From NCBI GenBank assembly GCA_946965045.2, contig OX337229.1, positions 4,774,001 to 4,838,000 of the forward strand: a stretch of DNA of 64,000 bases, in the 5' to 3' direction. Under the pieces are notes generated by a model that saw only the letters and a program-made list of their open reading frames with translations, had not been told where the DNA came from and searched no databases. Position 1 is the stretch's first letter; every line of letters begins with the position of its first letter. Below are positions 11,641 through 25,782 of this stretch, in pieces. The translations under genes and the position numbers were made by a program. The stretch is from Epithemia pelagica (Eukaryota > Protista > Bacillariophyta).

Positions 11641-12006
11641 GATTGGAGTCTCCCAATTGCGACTCGCAGCAATGCTCCTTGTGTCTTTCCCGCCGACTAT
11701 CTCCACCCTGAAGAAATCATTCCAGTATCGTTATCAATTATTACCAACAGCAACCAGAACGGAGAACGAGAAGGACAAACACAAACCAGACTTGAATAAA
11801 CTCTTCCCGTCCTCGTTGTCACAACAGAAATAATCCGAAGCCAGCAATGAGTGGGTCGCTCTTTTGTTAGTGGCGGATGAGTCGCTCTCTTTGTGTTCTT
11901 CGACGTCGAATCCGGGACTTACCGGTCATGAGTTCCTTGCCCAGTTTTTTCCGGTGCTGACGACGGAGCCAATCTAAATAAAAAAAGAAACACATCTTGT
12001 GAAACG

Positions 12007-14838
12007 ATGGCACCCTCGAAACGGCGTAAGGGGAAGCAAGCTGCATCGCGTGCGGCGTCGACGAGACATTCGGCTGCTGCGGCTGCCGCAGCCACAAGCA
12101 CGACGACCACCAGCCAACCAACGAGTACCACCAAGTCGTCCGAAGACCGTGGTGCCCATTCTCCCACCAGTACAACTACTACTTATCACAACAACAAGGA
12201 CCACCCGGGAGATCCAATGATTGTCCCCACGATGATTGCAGATGAAAATGATATCATCTTGACAAGTTCCAAGAGAAAAGGGGTGTACGAATGTGATGTT
12301 TGTCGTGGTGATATCAGTCAATCGCCACGAATTCGTTGTGCGGTGAACGAAGAATTTGATATTTGTTTGGATTGTTTTGTTTCCAAACTCGTCAATCCTT
12401 CTGCTTCGTCGTCGTCTTCCGCCAACAACAACAAAAAACCTACGCCCTTGAAACATGGATATCGAGTGTGTGATTCCACACGATTTCCAGTCTTTCCCAC
12501 CGCACGACAATGGTCCACCAAAGCCTTTGTTCAAAACGTGGCAGCAGCATCCACAACAACAACAACAACCGCACCACCGCTGCTTTCCCATGCTACCAGC
12601 AGCATCTCCATGGCTTCCAACAACAATGGGTCTGTATCGAATACAGAAACGGAGGGAGAGATTGTATCAACACCTCAGAAAAAGGTGACTCTGGAAACCG
12701 TAAACGAAACGACCAAAGAATCATCCATGGAGTCTTCCAGTGAAGAAGAAAAAGTAGAATCTGCACAAGAAGCTCCATCAAAAACCTCTGATACTGCTAT
12801 GGATGTGGATACTCCGATGGAAAACACACAAGAGTCATCCTCTCAAAAGGAACATCCCAAGACACTTGTTCCATCGGATCCCATGGTTGTTTCAACTCCT
12901 TCTTCCACGTCGGCTGCTGCTTCGACGACTAGTACGAGTGGAGGATATTTCTTTCGAGCCGATGATCCCAAACTTTATTGGACCGTCGAAGAAGATTTAC
13001 GGCTTTTGGAAGGCATTCAAAACCATGGATTGGGAAATTGGGTCGAAATTGCCGAAACCGTGGCGGGTCAAGGCAAAACTCCCAAGCGATGTATGGAGCG
13101 TTATCTGGACGATTACCTGGGACGGTATGGGCACATACTGCCCATGTATACATTGATTCCTCATGACGATTCCACAGAAGCGAGTGCTGCTGCTGTTGTG
13201 GAGGACTCCACCGGCACGGATGCAGCCGAAGGACAAGACAAGGACACTACTGCCGAGGAATCCAATGTCGGCGATTCCACCACCACCGCTAAGCCGTCCT
13301 CACAAGGCGGTGACACGGCGAGTGGAAAGAGCGCTACTAGTACTACGATTCCAGCAGGGAATACGATGGACGCCTCGTTGGCATCCTATATGGAGGATCT
13401 GCCACGGTCTTCCAAACGCAGGTCCACCCACTTTCGGTCGCCGGGGGGTTCCACTGTCTCGGGGTCCAATTTGGCAAGCCGCAAAAAGTACAAGGTAGTG
13501 CCCACCGAGACACTGGAAGGCTACGAGACGTATTGGCCCAATCCCTATTGTCCATCGACGCGATCGACGGTTGTTGTGCCAGGAACCGAGGTGGGTCGTG
13601 ACCAAATGTACAAAGCCGAGCAAGCCTACGTCAAGGCCATTAGTGCAGCACAATCCAAGAAGGAAGTGGATGCGATCCACAAGGAATGGGCCGAAACAAA
13701 ACTCAACAAGCCGTACGGTCCTTCTGTCTTGCCACCTCGACCCGAAGATGTGGAAACCATGTCAGGAGCGGAACTTGCGGGATTTATGCCGAGACGTGGT
13801 GACTTTGACATTGAATGGGATAATGACGCGGAAGAGACAATTGGAGATATGGAGTTCTTACCGACCGACTCGGAAGAGGACAGGCAATTAAAACTCAAAG
13901 TACTTGCAATCTACGATGCAAAACTGGACAAGAGAGAATCTCGAAAAAAGTTTATCATCAGTCGCAAACTGTGGGATTATCGGAGACTACATCAAGATTT
14001 TGAAGCTTTGCCTCGCGATGAACGGGATTTGGTTCTACGCATGCGACTTTTTGAAAGATTCCACACTCCACAGGAGCACAACATATTCATCGCTGATATT
14101 CTCAAAGCGAAGCGCCTTCGAAAGGAAATCGCCAAACTTCAAATGTACCGTCGGATTGGTATCCGGACACTTGTCGAAGCAGAAAAGTACGAGCTCGACA
14201 AACTTCGCCGACAGTTCCACAGCAAAGCGGCAAGTGCTACCAACCAAGGCAAAGAGGATTCTGGTAGTGGAACTGGAGCGAGCAATAAACCAGATGATGC
14301 AACGGCTTCCACATCGTTATGGAGACAGTATCGAACCAATGATCGGAGAGTGCGAAAAAGCGTGAATCGGGGCGTGTCGTTTGGAACCAAAGAAAAGGCG
14401 TTGACCACCGACTCAGCAGCCTTTGAAGCTGGAGCGACGACAAATGATCCCATGGATATTGACAACAATAACTCAGATCTAGTCATGAGACCGAGCGAGG
14501 ACGCTTCTACCACAACCACTGGCCCGAACCAAATTGACTTGACAAAAAAGCTGCCGTCCGCGAGGTCTGCTCTATCTCAACAAGAAATTGAACTCTGTGA
14601 AAAAGTTGGTTTGACGCACGATCAATATCGCGACATTAAAAGAGTGTTGATTCAAGAGTCACTGGAGGCTGGCTTACTCGATAAGGAAGGAGCAGGTTCA
14701 AGTCGTCGGTCCTTGATAAAAATGGATACTGTTCGAAGGGGGAATCTAATTGATTTCTTCTTGAGAGCAGGCTGGGTTTCTACCAGATTGAGCCATATTG
14801 CAAGAAGTTTGCCCCATTCCTCTCAGCCACAATCGTGA
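12007..14838 (+). CDS. ADA2: Transcriptional adaptor ADA2 (ZZ zinc finger, SANT/Myb, ADA2 middle domain, SWIRM)
   Basis: ZZ finger (CDVC...CLDC...HGYRV), SANT (WTVEEDLRLLEGIQNHGLGNWVEIAE), the ADA2 signature GFMPRRGDFDIEWDNDAE and a C-terminal SWIRM-like region (LSQQEIELC...IDFFLRAGW). Confidence 0.92.
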   Translation: MAPSKRRKGKQAASRAASTRHSAAAAAAATSTTTTSQPTSTTKSSEDRGAHSPTSTTTTYHNNKDHPGDPMIVPTMIADENDIILTSSKRKGVYECDVCRGDISQSPRIRCAVNEEFDICLDCFVSKLVNPSASSSSSANNNKKPTPLKHGYRVCDSTRFPVFPTARQWSTKAFVQNVAAASTTTTTTAPPLLSHATSSISMASNNNGSVSNTETEGEIVSTPQKKVTLETVNETTKESSMESSSEEEKVESAQEAPSKTSDTAMDVDTPMENTQESSSQKEHPKTLVPSDPMVVSTPSSTSAAASTTSTSGGYFFRADDPKLYWTVEEDLRLLEGIQNHGLGNWVEIAETVAGQGKTPKRCMERYLDDYLGRYGHILPMYTLIPHDDSTEASAAAVVEDSTGTDAAEGQDKDTTAEESNVGDSTTTAKPSSQGGDTASGKSATSTTIPAGNTMDASLASYMEDLPRSSKRRSTHFRSPGGSTVSGSNLASRKKYKVVPTETLEGYETYWPNPYCPSTRSTVVVPGTEVGRDQMYKAEQAYVKAISAAQSKKEVDAIHKEWAETKLNKPYGPSVLPPRPEDVETMSGAELAGFMPRRGDFDIEWDNDAEETIGDMEFLPTDSEEDRQLKLKVLAIYDAKLDKRESRKKFIISRKLWDYRRLHQDFEALPRDERDLVLRMRLFERFHTPQEHNIFIADILKAKRLRKEIAKLQMYRRIGIRTLVEAEKYELDKLRRQFHSKAASATNQGKEDSGSGTGASNKPDDATASTSLWRQYRTNDRRVRKSVNRGVSFGTKEKALTTDSAAFEAGATTNDPMDIDNNNSDLVMRPSEDASTTTTGPNQIDLTKKLPSARSALSQQEIELCEKVGLTHDQYRDIKRVLIQESLEAGLLDKEGAGSSRRSLIKMDTVRRGNLIDFFLRAGWVSTRLSHIARSLPHSSQPQS

Positions 14839-15135
14839 CCCTGTTAACTTCCTCTGACATTAATCTAGAAAGAAGTTTTGGGGTATTTCATAGTCGGTGT
14901 AAGAGCTAGATACTACTGCTCCTACTATCCTATCATACTCTGAAATAGGAGTACTACTCCTAGGAGTAGCTAGGTAGAGGAGATAGGGCCATACACGTGT
15001 GGGTGGTCCGCGGGAGGTCTGCCGACCAAGGACCCATCCGCCGAGCCACCCCGCAAAATCAAAAAGCCAACGTTACGGACGAAAATTGAGACGTGCTATA
15101 CACATATGAGTGTATTTGAAAAGGAAACTTGAAGA

Positions 15136-16363
15136 ATGATGTCCCCTTCGACATGGGCAACAAAGTCCTTATCGAATGGAAGAAACATATCCACGATTTT
15201 GATCCGCAGTCCGAGCGGCAGACTGCGGCAATATGGGCCAACAATAGCGCAGTTTGGAAAACACTACGGCACGGCCCGAGTCATGAAGAATTCTTCGTCG
15301 ACTTTTGTTCGTCTTTCGACATCTCACGGCAAAGAAACTGTCTTTTGCCGCTTCCAATCCGCGCATCGATCTTGTGTTCCTGGGATGTATCATCGCCAGT
15401 CAACTTCATTTCAACACCAGCATTTGGGGAGCGTTACACATCTCTCTTCGTTTTTTGGTGGCCGTTCGAACAGACCTCCATCGAACAATCGAGTGGCTCA
15501 GGGTGCGGGATTGTTAGGAGGTGCTATGCTTCTGTTTGGTAAAACCAAATATCTGTTGGCGGCCTTGAAGCTTACAAAAATGGCATCACTCGGGAGTATG
15601 GTTCTTACTATTGGTACCTATTCCATGTTTTTCGGTTGGCCCTACGCCGTTGGAATGGTAGGGTTAATTGCCGTGCATGAAGCAGGTCATGCTCTTGTTC
15701 TCCATCAAAAAGGTATTCCATTTTCTCCCGCGGTATTTGTTCCATTCGTAAGTTCGTTGTTAGATTCAATGTATCCTCAAATTACGATTACCAACTTTGC
15801 CTTTCTTTGCTGTTGAGCAGATGGGCGCTGTCATTGTGACAAAGGAGCTTCCTCGAGATGCTTGGGAGGATGCCGTAGTTGCATATGGAGGACCAGCTCT
15901 GGGATCTTTGGGAGCAGGGGTCGTCGCCATAGGAGCGCACATGACAGATTCGCAGCTTCTCTATGCGCTTGCCGATTTTGGCTTTATGATCAATTTGTTC
16001 AATCTTCTGCCACTCGGATCAATGGACGGTGGTCGAATTACAGGCGCCATCTCTCCCTATGCAGGTATAGCCGGCGTTGGGATGGGTGGTGCATTAGCGT
16101 ATACAGGTGCCATCGCAAACCCCATTTTCTATCTTGTTCTACTTTCGGGTACATACGAAACCTTCATGCGATTCTACGACAGTTCCCGTCTTCCCCCCAA
16201 CTACTACAATATTCCGTTTCAAAAAAGGGCCGCTATGACTGTTGGTTACTTTGGCTTGATTGCAGCGCTAGCCGCTGCAATGGATGCCAACAAAAGGTAC
16301 CGGAAGCCACCAGAACTCCTGATGAGAGAGCGAGAGATCGAGAAAACCTTTGATATGCGCTAG
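15136..16363 (+). CDS. Site-2-protease family (M50) zinc metalloprotease, 2 exons
   Basis: HEAGH zinc motif and NLFNLLPLGSMDGGRI (NxxPxxxxDG). A GT-AG intron at 15748-15820 joins VFVPF to MGAVI. Confidence 0.9.
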
Positions 16364-16409
16364 GAAAGATAATCATCAATATTGCCTTTATCAAATAGGT
16401 CAAATAAAT

Positions 16410-19400
16410 TCATACCCACGGCATCCATCCTGAGAACAACTGTACTAGATTCTCACTGCTGCTTGCCTCTGCGATCAGTTTGTGGACTTGGCCTTCAACA
16501 GACAAAGCCATCACTTGGGTTAGTTCCTCGTCCTCCTGGTCGGTGTGAGAATCTAACAACTGTTTCCCTGCTTTCAAGTTCTTATTCCGAAGGTTGTATA
16601 TCCCACGAAGACGCTCATCAATTACGTTGATTGAGCGCTTGGCTTCCCTAACGTGGCGGTGTTGTTCCTGACCCCATCGGGACGATTTTTGTTGTGATCG
16701 TGTTCGCTTCCACTCAATCACAGGGTCATTTATGAACGGTTCTAAAACAGAGAGCAGAGTGGTTGACTGTCTCCGTAAAGTTGACATGGCATCCTTTAGG
16801 CTTCCGGAAAATATCCCGTCGGTCCCACAAGGACCGAAAGCGTCAACGAGATTTGCGGTCAGACGAAAGGGAACAATTTCAGGCTTAGGTAGACTCAGCC
16901 CCTTGTCAAAGATGCAATCAAAATCGACATGAACAATCTCTCCAGATGATGTATCAACTAAAATGTTTCTGATGGGTGGCGAGTGAAAAAACGAAAAGGG
17001 AATCAGCAACGGAGAATGGTTGTGCGAATGTGGTAATGATAAACTTACTCTGCATGGCGATCCCCTAGCCCAATCACGTGACCAACAGCTGACCACGAGG
17101 CCGCACTTTGTGCAAAACGAGTCCTTGCTTCGTACCAGGCGTGGGGGTTAGGAAAGTTCTGGACAAACCACCAGAAAAGAAGCGGAGGATTGGGTTTCAA
17201 GCATAGATCCTCGAACAACAAAGCAGCACGTCGCAGATCACCCTGTGACACAAATACGTCTTGACATTTTTTCTCGAAGGTATGTTTCAGTGCGGGGTCT
17301 AGTCGACTAATCCGAGATCCTCGACGGCTACTGGAGGACGTCGGTGCCATGGGATTGTACGTGTCTCCTACGAGGTTTCGAAGGGATTTCGTATGTGCAA
17401 CCCATTCCAAAATACCAGTCTCTTCGGAGAGACAGGTTACTGCAAAAGTACGCAAACGGAGTCCTCTTTGAGACCGTTGACTCTGCTTTGTGCTGGACAA
17501 AAGCAATCTATTGATGACGTTGTTGAGATCTTGGACTCGTGCATCTTTCCTGAGATCTCCTGCCGCCTCTTGTTTGATGAGGAAATGCATCTCCCCGATG
17601 TCCGACTCTATCGGATCAGGGGTGGGATCAAAAACTTTAGAGGGATCCCAACTTGTCACGAAGGCTGTCACCTTTTTGGGTCTTGCTTTGGAAACCATCA
17701 CACGAATTCTTCGACACCATGCCCGCATCCGTGGAACCTGTGTAGAAAAAACGGTTGACGATTGGATCGTGCTATATTGCGTATGAGAGAGGCACAGAGC
17801 AGCTTGAACTGGCGGAATAAAAGCTGTCAGTGGAACTTCTCCTTGCCAAGGTTTCACGCTTAGTTCAGTTTTCCTCTGGTCTTTTATTTCATATCGGGCG
17901 AGGTCGTGGAGATGCTTGAAAAGTCCGACAGATGTTTGCAATAGCTTGTTCGTCACTTCGTTTTTCTGATTGATAAAGTCGTTACAGGAATCTGTAAAGA
18001 TTTTCTTTACGATTAACCTCCGTGTTTGGTCTTTTGAATGGACTTCAAAATTTTTCAACGAACAAGATGAGATAAGAACACTGCACGACAACAATATTCA
18101 GGAAAACTTACCTAACCATGCGAGGTGCCACATAGTTTGTTCAGGAAACTTTGTGAGGACTCGCCTTAGCATTTCACGAACTATATTTCTTGTATCCTGG
18201 TTCGGATGTGTTATCCGAGAAACGAGCTGAGCAATTGCAGAGTAAAACGCTTGGGCTGGGATACTTTTGAAGCTTTTCGCCATGAATTCATTCAGTGACG
18301 TCTGGGCCTCGTTACGACTTTTTTTCATGGTTCGTTTTTGGTCTTCAGTGGGAGCCTGTGTGTTCGCAGGTTCTTGGTTTTGAGGAAGGTCCTCCGTAAC
18401 GAACGTGAACTGGAACCACAGCGACAAAAGTCTTGGTAGGGCTTGGTAAAGATGCTTCAAGTCCAGCTTTAAAGCTTCTGCATAGTGCGATACAGCCAGC
18501 ACAAGGAACTTTTGGCATGTCTTGTCCAGGGATATAGTTTCATTCATAGATCCATCATCGTAGCCTGAGAAAGAATGTTTCGACGCGCGCCGCTGCAGAA
18601 GTGATGCCCGAGATCGCATTACTTCCTCTGCATATTTCGCATAGTGGAACTGCGCTTTCTCCCATTCAGGTGCTATGCAATGGATGAAACGAAAGCCACA
18701 AAGAATCTCATTTCCTCCTTTAAGCCCTGAAGCAATAGTCCATTTTAGTGATTTCAGAGCTGATCGAACGAAAACTTGGACAGCGTCATTTTCGTCGACT
18801 TTGTGTTTCCCGAAACCGATGACAGAGGCAACCCGGCGAGAGACTTCAGCCAAGGTCTCGTTCTTTTCCATTAAAGATAATTTTGCAATATCACCAAGAT
18901 CAAGAAGACGCAATGCTTCAGAGCTTTCACCTGTTTTGTGTTTCAGTTTTGCTCGTTCAAGACGGAGGGCAGAGATATCGGTTATACCGACTATGGATGT
19001 GCATGATCTAAACGCTTCATCAGCTCGAGCAAACGCATCCGCCGCAACATTGTGCGTCCCGCGATTACGCGCTCTCTTCCCAACTGAAAGAAACAATCTA
19101 CCCTCAGTTGCGGAATCCAGAGCCAGTCGGGAAAGAGCTAGCCTGACGTTAATCAGAGAAAGTGCGCTTTCAGGAGCAGCAACCTCAAGACTCCAGTTCC
19201 AGTCCTGCCGCAACGTAGAACTGATATTGTTGGAGCAGGTTCCGTCATCCAAATGACTTTGCAGGAAATCTTCCACCTCTTGAAGGCTTCGCAACCTAAC
19301 GATCTGTTCATAAGATCTTCTATAGCTGTCTCGTGACGCGACAGCCAACAGCTCTGTAACCGAATATCTTGCATCCCTTAAATGCCTCGACGCCAATGAC

Positions 19401-22400
19401 GACTGTTTGTTGTGGATTGCAACCAACGCCTTCCCGAGCGATAGATTGTAATTGCCGTCGAGATCAACCTCGTTTTCAAAGGTGAGGTCACGTACAATTT
19501 CCGACAGTTCCTCCCATTTTCCAAGTCGCCATGCCGCTTGGACAGCGTATGGTCCCAAGCTAGAGGAGGCTGACCCTTGCAGAGAAAACGCAAGTCCTTG
19601 AATCTGATTAAGAACACTCTCATATTGACCGAGTTCAAGGAGACATTGGAGTATCCCTCTTTGATGCAACGACTTCACGCAACTATCGTCTTCTGTCTGG
19701 AGTGCTCTCTCGTGTTCGTGCAAAGCGCCATTCCAATCATGTGAAGCAACTCTTTCTCTGATGATATCCGTGACATTTGTGCGCAAATGAGTTCTCGGTT
19801 TCGATGCTGTTAGGGCCGTCAACGTCTCATGGTCATCCAGAGACAAAAGCACTCCTTTCATGGGCTCATAACAGTCGTCTGGACATACACCAGCCGCTCT
19901 ACTTTCACAACCGAGCCCTTGATGTCTCGACACAGTAGGATTTCGAGATGATCCGAAAACGCTTTCAGCGACAGTGAACCTGGATGCCATTTCAAAAAGA
20001 CGCAACGACCGTGCGTTCATTCCTACCCTTGCTGCAGCGGATGCTTGCAATTTGTAAGGAATCTTCCTGAGGATATCTTCGATACGCATAGTTGACTGCT
20101 GTGGTGGCCAGGTCAACACACCATTAGTACTCTCCATCTTCGAACCGCCAGAATATCTTTCTTCGATGTCTTGTTCCAGCCAGTATTGAAAAGTCTCAAC
20201 GACAGTGAAGACAGCGCTTACGGCCATCTGCAGATCTCCACTTCTCATGCGTCCCTTATCCTCGTTGAGGGTTAGGACATCAATTATCTCACGGACTACA
20301 GTTTCGTGATCAACTGGATCACCGTAGCAAAGGCGGTCCAGGACCAGCAGAGGCAGTAAGAACTCAGCCACATTGGATGACTGAGTCCTAAACGCTGTTC
20401 GGCAGGCAAAAAATATTGCATTCCACGCATGATTTTGGCTTTTCTGTGATCTTGTCACCATGTGTCGGGACCAATTTGATATCCACGACAAATAAGAGAA
20501 AGATGTCGAGAAGAAGGGTGGTTGCTTTTGGGCATTGCTATCGCTCTGCTCATGAAATTCAGACTGCCAAAATGGGAGTACAATCTCAAGAACTCCAGCG
20601 TTAGCCAATTCATCAGAGAGCCACTTGTCCATGGAATGATCTTTCGAAGCAACTCCTTGTAACAAAACCAAAAGTTGCTGGATAGCATAGCCTATTTTGT
20701 GTTGGTCCGACGACGACGGAGCAGCACGTAGAGCCCAAACAAGCTCCGAAGTCACCAACTGTAACCCGTAGATATTCGGTTGAACTTTCCAAGGAGGCTT
20801 TTTTAATCTCCATAAATGGGAATCGTTTCCACTGTAGTCTTCAGAACCATGAGAAAGAACTGTATCGTTCAATCTATATTCAGCAATTGCTCCGATTTCT
20901 CCCAGACAAGAAGCTAACAGGAGTTTGTGGATTTGATTTGATTCCACGGCACACCTCGATAGAAGGCATTCGATAAGTTCTGTAATGATTCCACGGGATG
21001 TCTGTGCTTTTGCGACAGTCACAAATCGACTCGCCGATGTACCGGGTTCGTTCTCTATGAGCGAATAGAAAATCGCGCGGCTTTGGCGAATCACCGCAAT
21101 AAGATGCTGAAGGACTACTTGGCGGACACTTGCATCTTCATGAGAAACCAGCGCAATCATGCCGTCGAGTTGCCGGTGTAGAACATATTGCTTTTTCTGC
21201 ATATCCTTTTGAGCATCGTCTTCTGACGATATGCCATTTGTAGGTGAGGCTGTTCCTTCCGAGTCAAAACCAAGGCCGTGAGAACTGAAAGATACTTTTG
21301 CCTTTTCGAGATGTGGTAGCTGGAAAAGGAAGGATATTTCGGAAAAGAAGGGAGCCAAGCTTTTCCCTAGTTCGCCTTCTGATAGGAATCCGATGATCGA
21401 TAGTGCACGAGACTTTGTGCTCAACATGGAGTCCGTAAGTTCGGGGCGCTTCGAGTTTTTTGAGACATGAGGTTTAGGTTCGTCTTCGCTCAGAACCGGA
21501 AGTAGAGCTGCCACCATTGAAGCCAGATTCTCACCTGCGAGAGGGTTGTTAGAAAAAATGTATCTCTGAAATAAGTGGAAGTGATCCAAACGTACCAACA
21601 ATTTCAGCGTTAACTGAACTGACCAGCTTGACGAATTTTGACATGCATTGGACAGCTATTAGTCTGAGCTCTTCCAATCGCATGGACGAAACCGCCCCAA
21701 CACTCTTCTGTGCTATGGCTCCATTTACTGTGGCCATAACTTGTGGCAAGAATTGTGCAACGCCATCTGTCGCGTGTAAAAAATCGAGAATGTGGTTAAG
21801 GGAACGGAGATCCTCAATTTTTTCCCACATCTCCTTATTATGCCACCTGGACTGCACGACGTTGACCAAAAGGTACATAAAATGCGATGAAATCCAAGGG
21901 GAAGCTTCATTGTAATTGGGATTATCGGAAAGCTGGAGTTGACCAAAATGGCTCAGAAAGGATGGACTTTCCCTTGCCTTGGTCGCAAGCAGAAGCGCCC
22001 TTAATGCAAGCCGGGGATCACTCGATCGACCCAGCTCTTTGACGAAAATCTTAAGTATTAGCTGTTCTCTGCCGGACAGCATTGTTTGCAGATCTCGTTT
22101 GTCCTTCAGAACATCTTTCACGAGAAAAAGCAATTCGCGCTGGTTTGCGCGTTGAAATACGAGAGGGAGCATGCGTTCGACAATTTGCGGGGCTTGAGCT
22201 AGTAGATAGAGTTGATGATCCAATTCCTTCGTCCACAGTCGTTTTCCTTTCTTTCGCCGAAATGATCTATCACCCACATCCAAGTATGAGAGGAATGAAC
22301 TCCGTCTGGTATCTATTTTGCCGTCGACTTGCTTTTGCGCCAACTGGAAAAGTTTGAATCCCGCGACCAAACGTAATGCTTGGTAGTTCCTGTCCAGGAT

Positions 22401-25400
22401 CATTTGCCCAAGAACTATCGGCACACAATCCTCTAACGCAAGCAAGATGAAATTACTTGACGCCGCTAAAGCAACATCGCCGACAACATCAGAATCACTG
22501 TTCTGTCCACGGGAAGCGTACAGCTTCAATGGACCTGAGAGAGCTTGGTAGATGTGTTCTACTCTACCAAAATCATCTGGAGTCGTTGCGACTACGCCAT
22601 CCAGAGCGCCGATGAACACTGGAGGACCAATAAGCCCAAGGATTCTTGCCTGAGTGGCCATGTCAAGGTTAAGCCGTTCAACAAGTCGACGGGTCTCTGC
22701 GAGGAAGAGACCTGGAATTTCGAATGCATGTTGGTCGTGCAAAGCTGAACCCATTCGAGAAGCCATTAAGAGTGCTCGCGTGAACATGAATTTACCCATC
22801 TTAGTTCCCAGATCGCAAGCTTCGCCTATGGATGAAAGACAACGTAACGCAGCTCTCTTGTAGAAAAGAAGTGTTTCGAATTCTCGTCTTTCCGTCAAAG
22901 CTTTGTCATGCGAGGACTTTGCTGTAGAGCATAGCTTCACGAGAATCTTGTCCATCAGCTCGAAGAAACGAACTACACACGCTTTCTGAATTTTCACGTA
23001 AGGTTCAGAGAGTTTCTGCTGCTCCTGGTCACTCATTCTGGACAGCTCATCTTCTGTAGCCAACGCAAGTGTTACTGCGAAAGGATTACCTGCGAGCAAG
23101 AACTTTCCAATAGTCCTTGACGCATAGTCGCGAAGGCGCATGTCGCCTTCCTCCAAGGCAGACTTTACTAAAAACTCCAGAAAAAACCTTCCATCACACG
23201 TCGACCTTGTCTCGCTCCCAGAAACTGGCGGTTGTGCTGCAAAACCTGATATCTCCATCGCATCGGCTGACTTAGCGAGCAAATGAGACGCTGCGGTCAC
23301 TGCTATTGATCGAACAACAACGTCATGGGACGTGAAAGCAAACTGGAGAATATCTCGTAGACGACCCTCTTTGATCTTCGAAAGCCGATCATTTTCACAC
23401 GTTCTCTCGAGACGCATTCGAATTGCTTTGACAGAAAGTTCGACTTGGTCTTGAAGAATATGAGGCAACAAAGCAGGAATCACTTCGTTTTCCGAAATAG
23501 ATGTGTTTTTCGAGATTCCATGTTGAGCAGAAAGTATAATCTGAATACAAAGGGAAACCAAATCGCCGCACAATTTCTCTTTTTCTTCACCGAAAGAAGT
23601 GGCTAACACACGCACACGTCGTATGGCATTCACAACAAACAACGCAACAGGAACCCTTTCTTCGAGTTTTTCATGTTGCTCAACGTTCTGAGTCATCCAC
23701 GAAGTGAGGTACCTTATGCATTTTATCACCGCGTTGATGAGGGCATCTTCGTGTGAACGTCGAACGACATCCAACATCAGCTCGAGTAATACTGATACCA
23801 GATATGGTTCGGCACTGGTTGTAAGGGTTTTTCCTTCAGCAATCGCAAGGGACTCCATGATGAATTCTACAAACAACCTCTCGTAACTACTTTCAGTCCA
23901 TGTGGAAGAGTGATGAGTCTTGGCTCGCTTCTTGGTTCGTTCATTTACCTGATTTGGTTCATCCGAACTCGGAGGCAAATGCAAACGACGTTCGCTTGCT
24001 GAGCAATCAATGCCGGACTCGTGTTCGGACCCAAACATAGAAAGGCATAATGCTACTAAGGGACGCTGTCGTTCGGATATGTTCCTTCTGAAATCTGACA
24101 GGAGCATAGGCGCAACAAGGTGAACAAGTTTCGGGTCATGCATGGCACGAAAAAGGTTTTGGCAAACATCCTCACATGAGCTCGGAATATCTGCAAAATA
24201 CGTGAATTGATCAAACAGACCATCCAGGCGTTGCCTGGATATGGTACAAAGAGATTCCAGAACACAGGAAGACAGTTGTGAGTGAGTCAACATGACATCA
24301 CGTCCTTGTGTCTTGTACAAAATGCGGACACAGTCCATGAGAACTGGGAAAGTACATCTTTGAATGACCTGCAACACAGATCGGTTTTCTTCATGCACGA
24401 ATATGTGTTGCATCAATCGGGACAATCCCTCTGCAAGGGACTGCTGTACGGGGGAAGTCGTGGATTCGCCTCCAGAAGAAGCGGTCAGGAAACGGAAAAC
24501 TGACTGAGCAACCATGAGACCCAGCTTCATTTTTACAGATTCATGTAACAGCCCAGCATTGCTATCAAGTAGAAGAAAGTGCGATATCTTGACAGAAGCC
24601 ACAGCCGCACATTTTGTAGAAAAGTCCACAATTCTCTGCCCGGTATAATAGGTCCATGGTCGCGAGAAAATTTGTCCCAAAGAGTCCACCAAGTCAAAAA
24701 TGAGATCAGTGTCATTCAAAACCGCTGAAAAATATGCATTCGACTTCTCAAACCCAATGGGCAAGGATGGTACGACATCATCGGTTGGATGCAGACGGGA
24801 AGACCGTCGGCTGGAGAGGAACTGACTTAGGATACATGTCAATGTAGATTCCAGAACTACAATCACATCCAAAGACGTCAACTCGAGAATAAATTCTGTA
24901 TTTTCTGGTAGATCGCTTTCCGCTGTTGTGAATGGAAATAATATGATTTCGACAGTGTCGACCATTGCAGAGTGCTGTCGCTGTAACATGGCCAAATCTC
25001 CAATCATGTGCACCAAATCTCGTAAGATGACAATGTCAAACTGGTTTCCTGGAACGAGGTTGAGCAACCGGGCCACCGTGACTGCGATAATATCAGCAAC
25101 ACCAACTTCCACGTTTTGAAGGTATTCCTCCGTAGTGTGCCGAATGATGGATGGTGAGACGGCATGCTGCAATAGATAGAATACTCTAGGGAGAACTATA
25201 AGAAGCACGCAAGCATGAAAGCCAAAGGAAATGTTTAGAAGAGAGTCTGCTTGTCAAGCAGCGGCATGATCTGTGATTCCACAACGTACCTTCGCCGGCA
25301 CCCTTGCCCAATCGAAAGAGGTGTGGGGCATGGACACAAAACCCTCCTGCCAAGACATTGCAGTAAAAGTCACAGATATGACGTACATCCAGTGGTGTGG

Positions 25401-25782
25401 GCCCTGCAGATGACGAGGAATCAGAAGGTCCAACGGCTCGATAATGTTTCTCCACCCGTGGTAAAAGTCCTCGAAGAATCTTCAATGCGTCTCGACAAAA
25501 CTTGGGAACACTGGCTTCGTTTTCGCAGGCAATGTTGTTGGCGTCAGTGGAAGGTCTGTCCTTGTGAAAGGCAAGATGATTTTTGCAGGACTCCGAAAGC
25601 TGATGGAGAAGACGACTGGTGGAAGGACCTGACGATGCCGACTTTGAGGCGGTATCCGTGGGCGGATTGTTTCTCGTAGTAGTGGATGTCAAGGATGATG
25701 ACGTGTCCTCTGTCGTGGTAATTTCCAATCCAAGCCGACCATCTGGGGAGCTCCGAGAACGCTTTTTATCTCTTCGCACCAT
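16410..25782 (-). CDS. ATR: ATR/Mec1-like PIKK Ser/Thr kinase, 5 exons
   Basis: Exons 25782-25289, 25195-21596, 21534-18112, 18042-17049 and 16968-16410 are joined by GT-AG introns, checked by hand. There is a long HEAT/FAT region, then FLIKQEAAGDLRKDARVQ, GLGDRHAENIL, HVDFDCIFDKG..L..PE.VPFRLT, and an ATR-type FATC (ENLVQLFSGWMPWV). Confidence 0.88.

Noticed and set aside
4874-14838. Poly-N/Q/T/S/A codon runs in the GPI-like, kinase and ADA2 genes
   Set aside because: These are ordinary trinucleotide low-complexity tracts, common in diatom proteins.
16363-16410. Only about 46 bp between the convergent stops of the M50 peptidase and ATR
   Set aside because: Tight convergent spacing with overlapping 3' UTRs is commonplace in compact diatom genomes.
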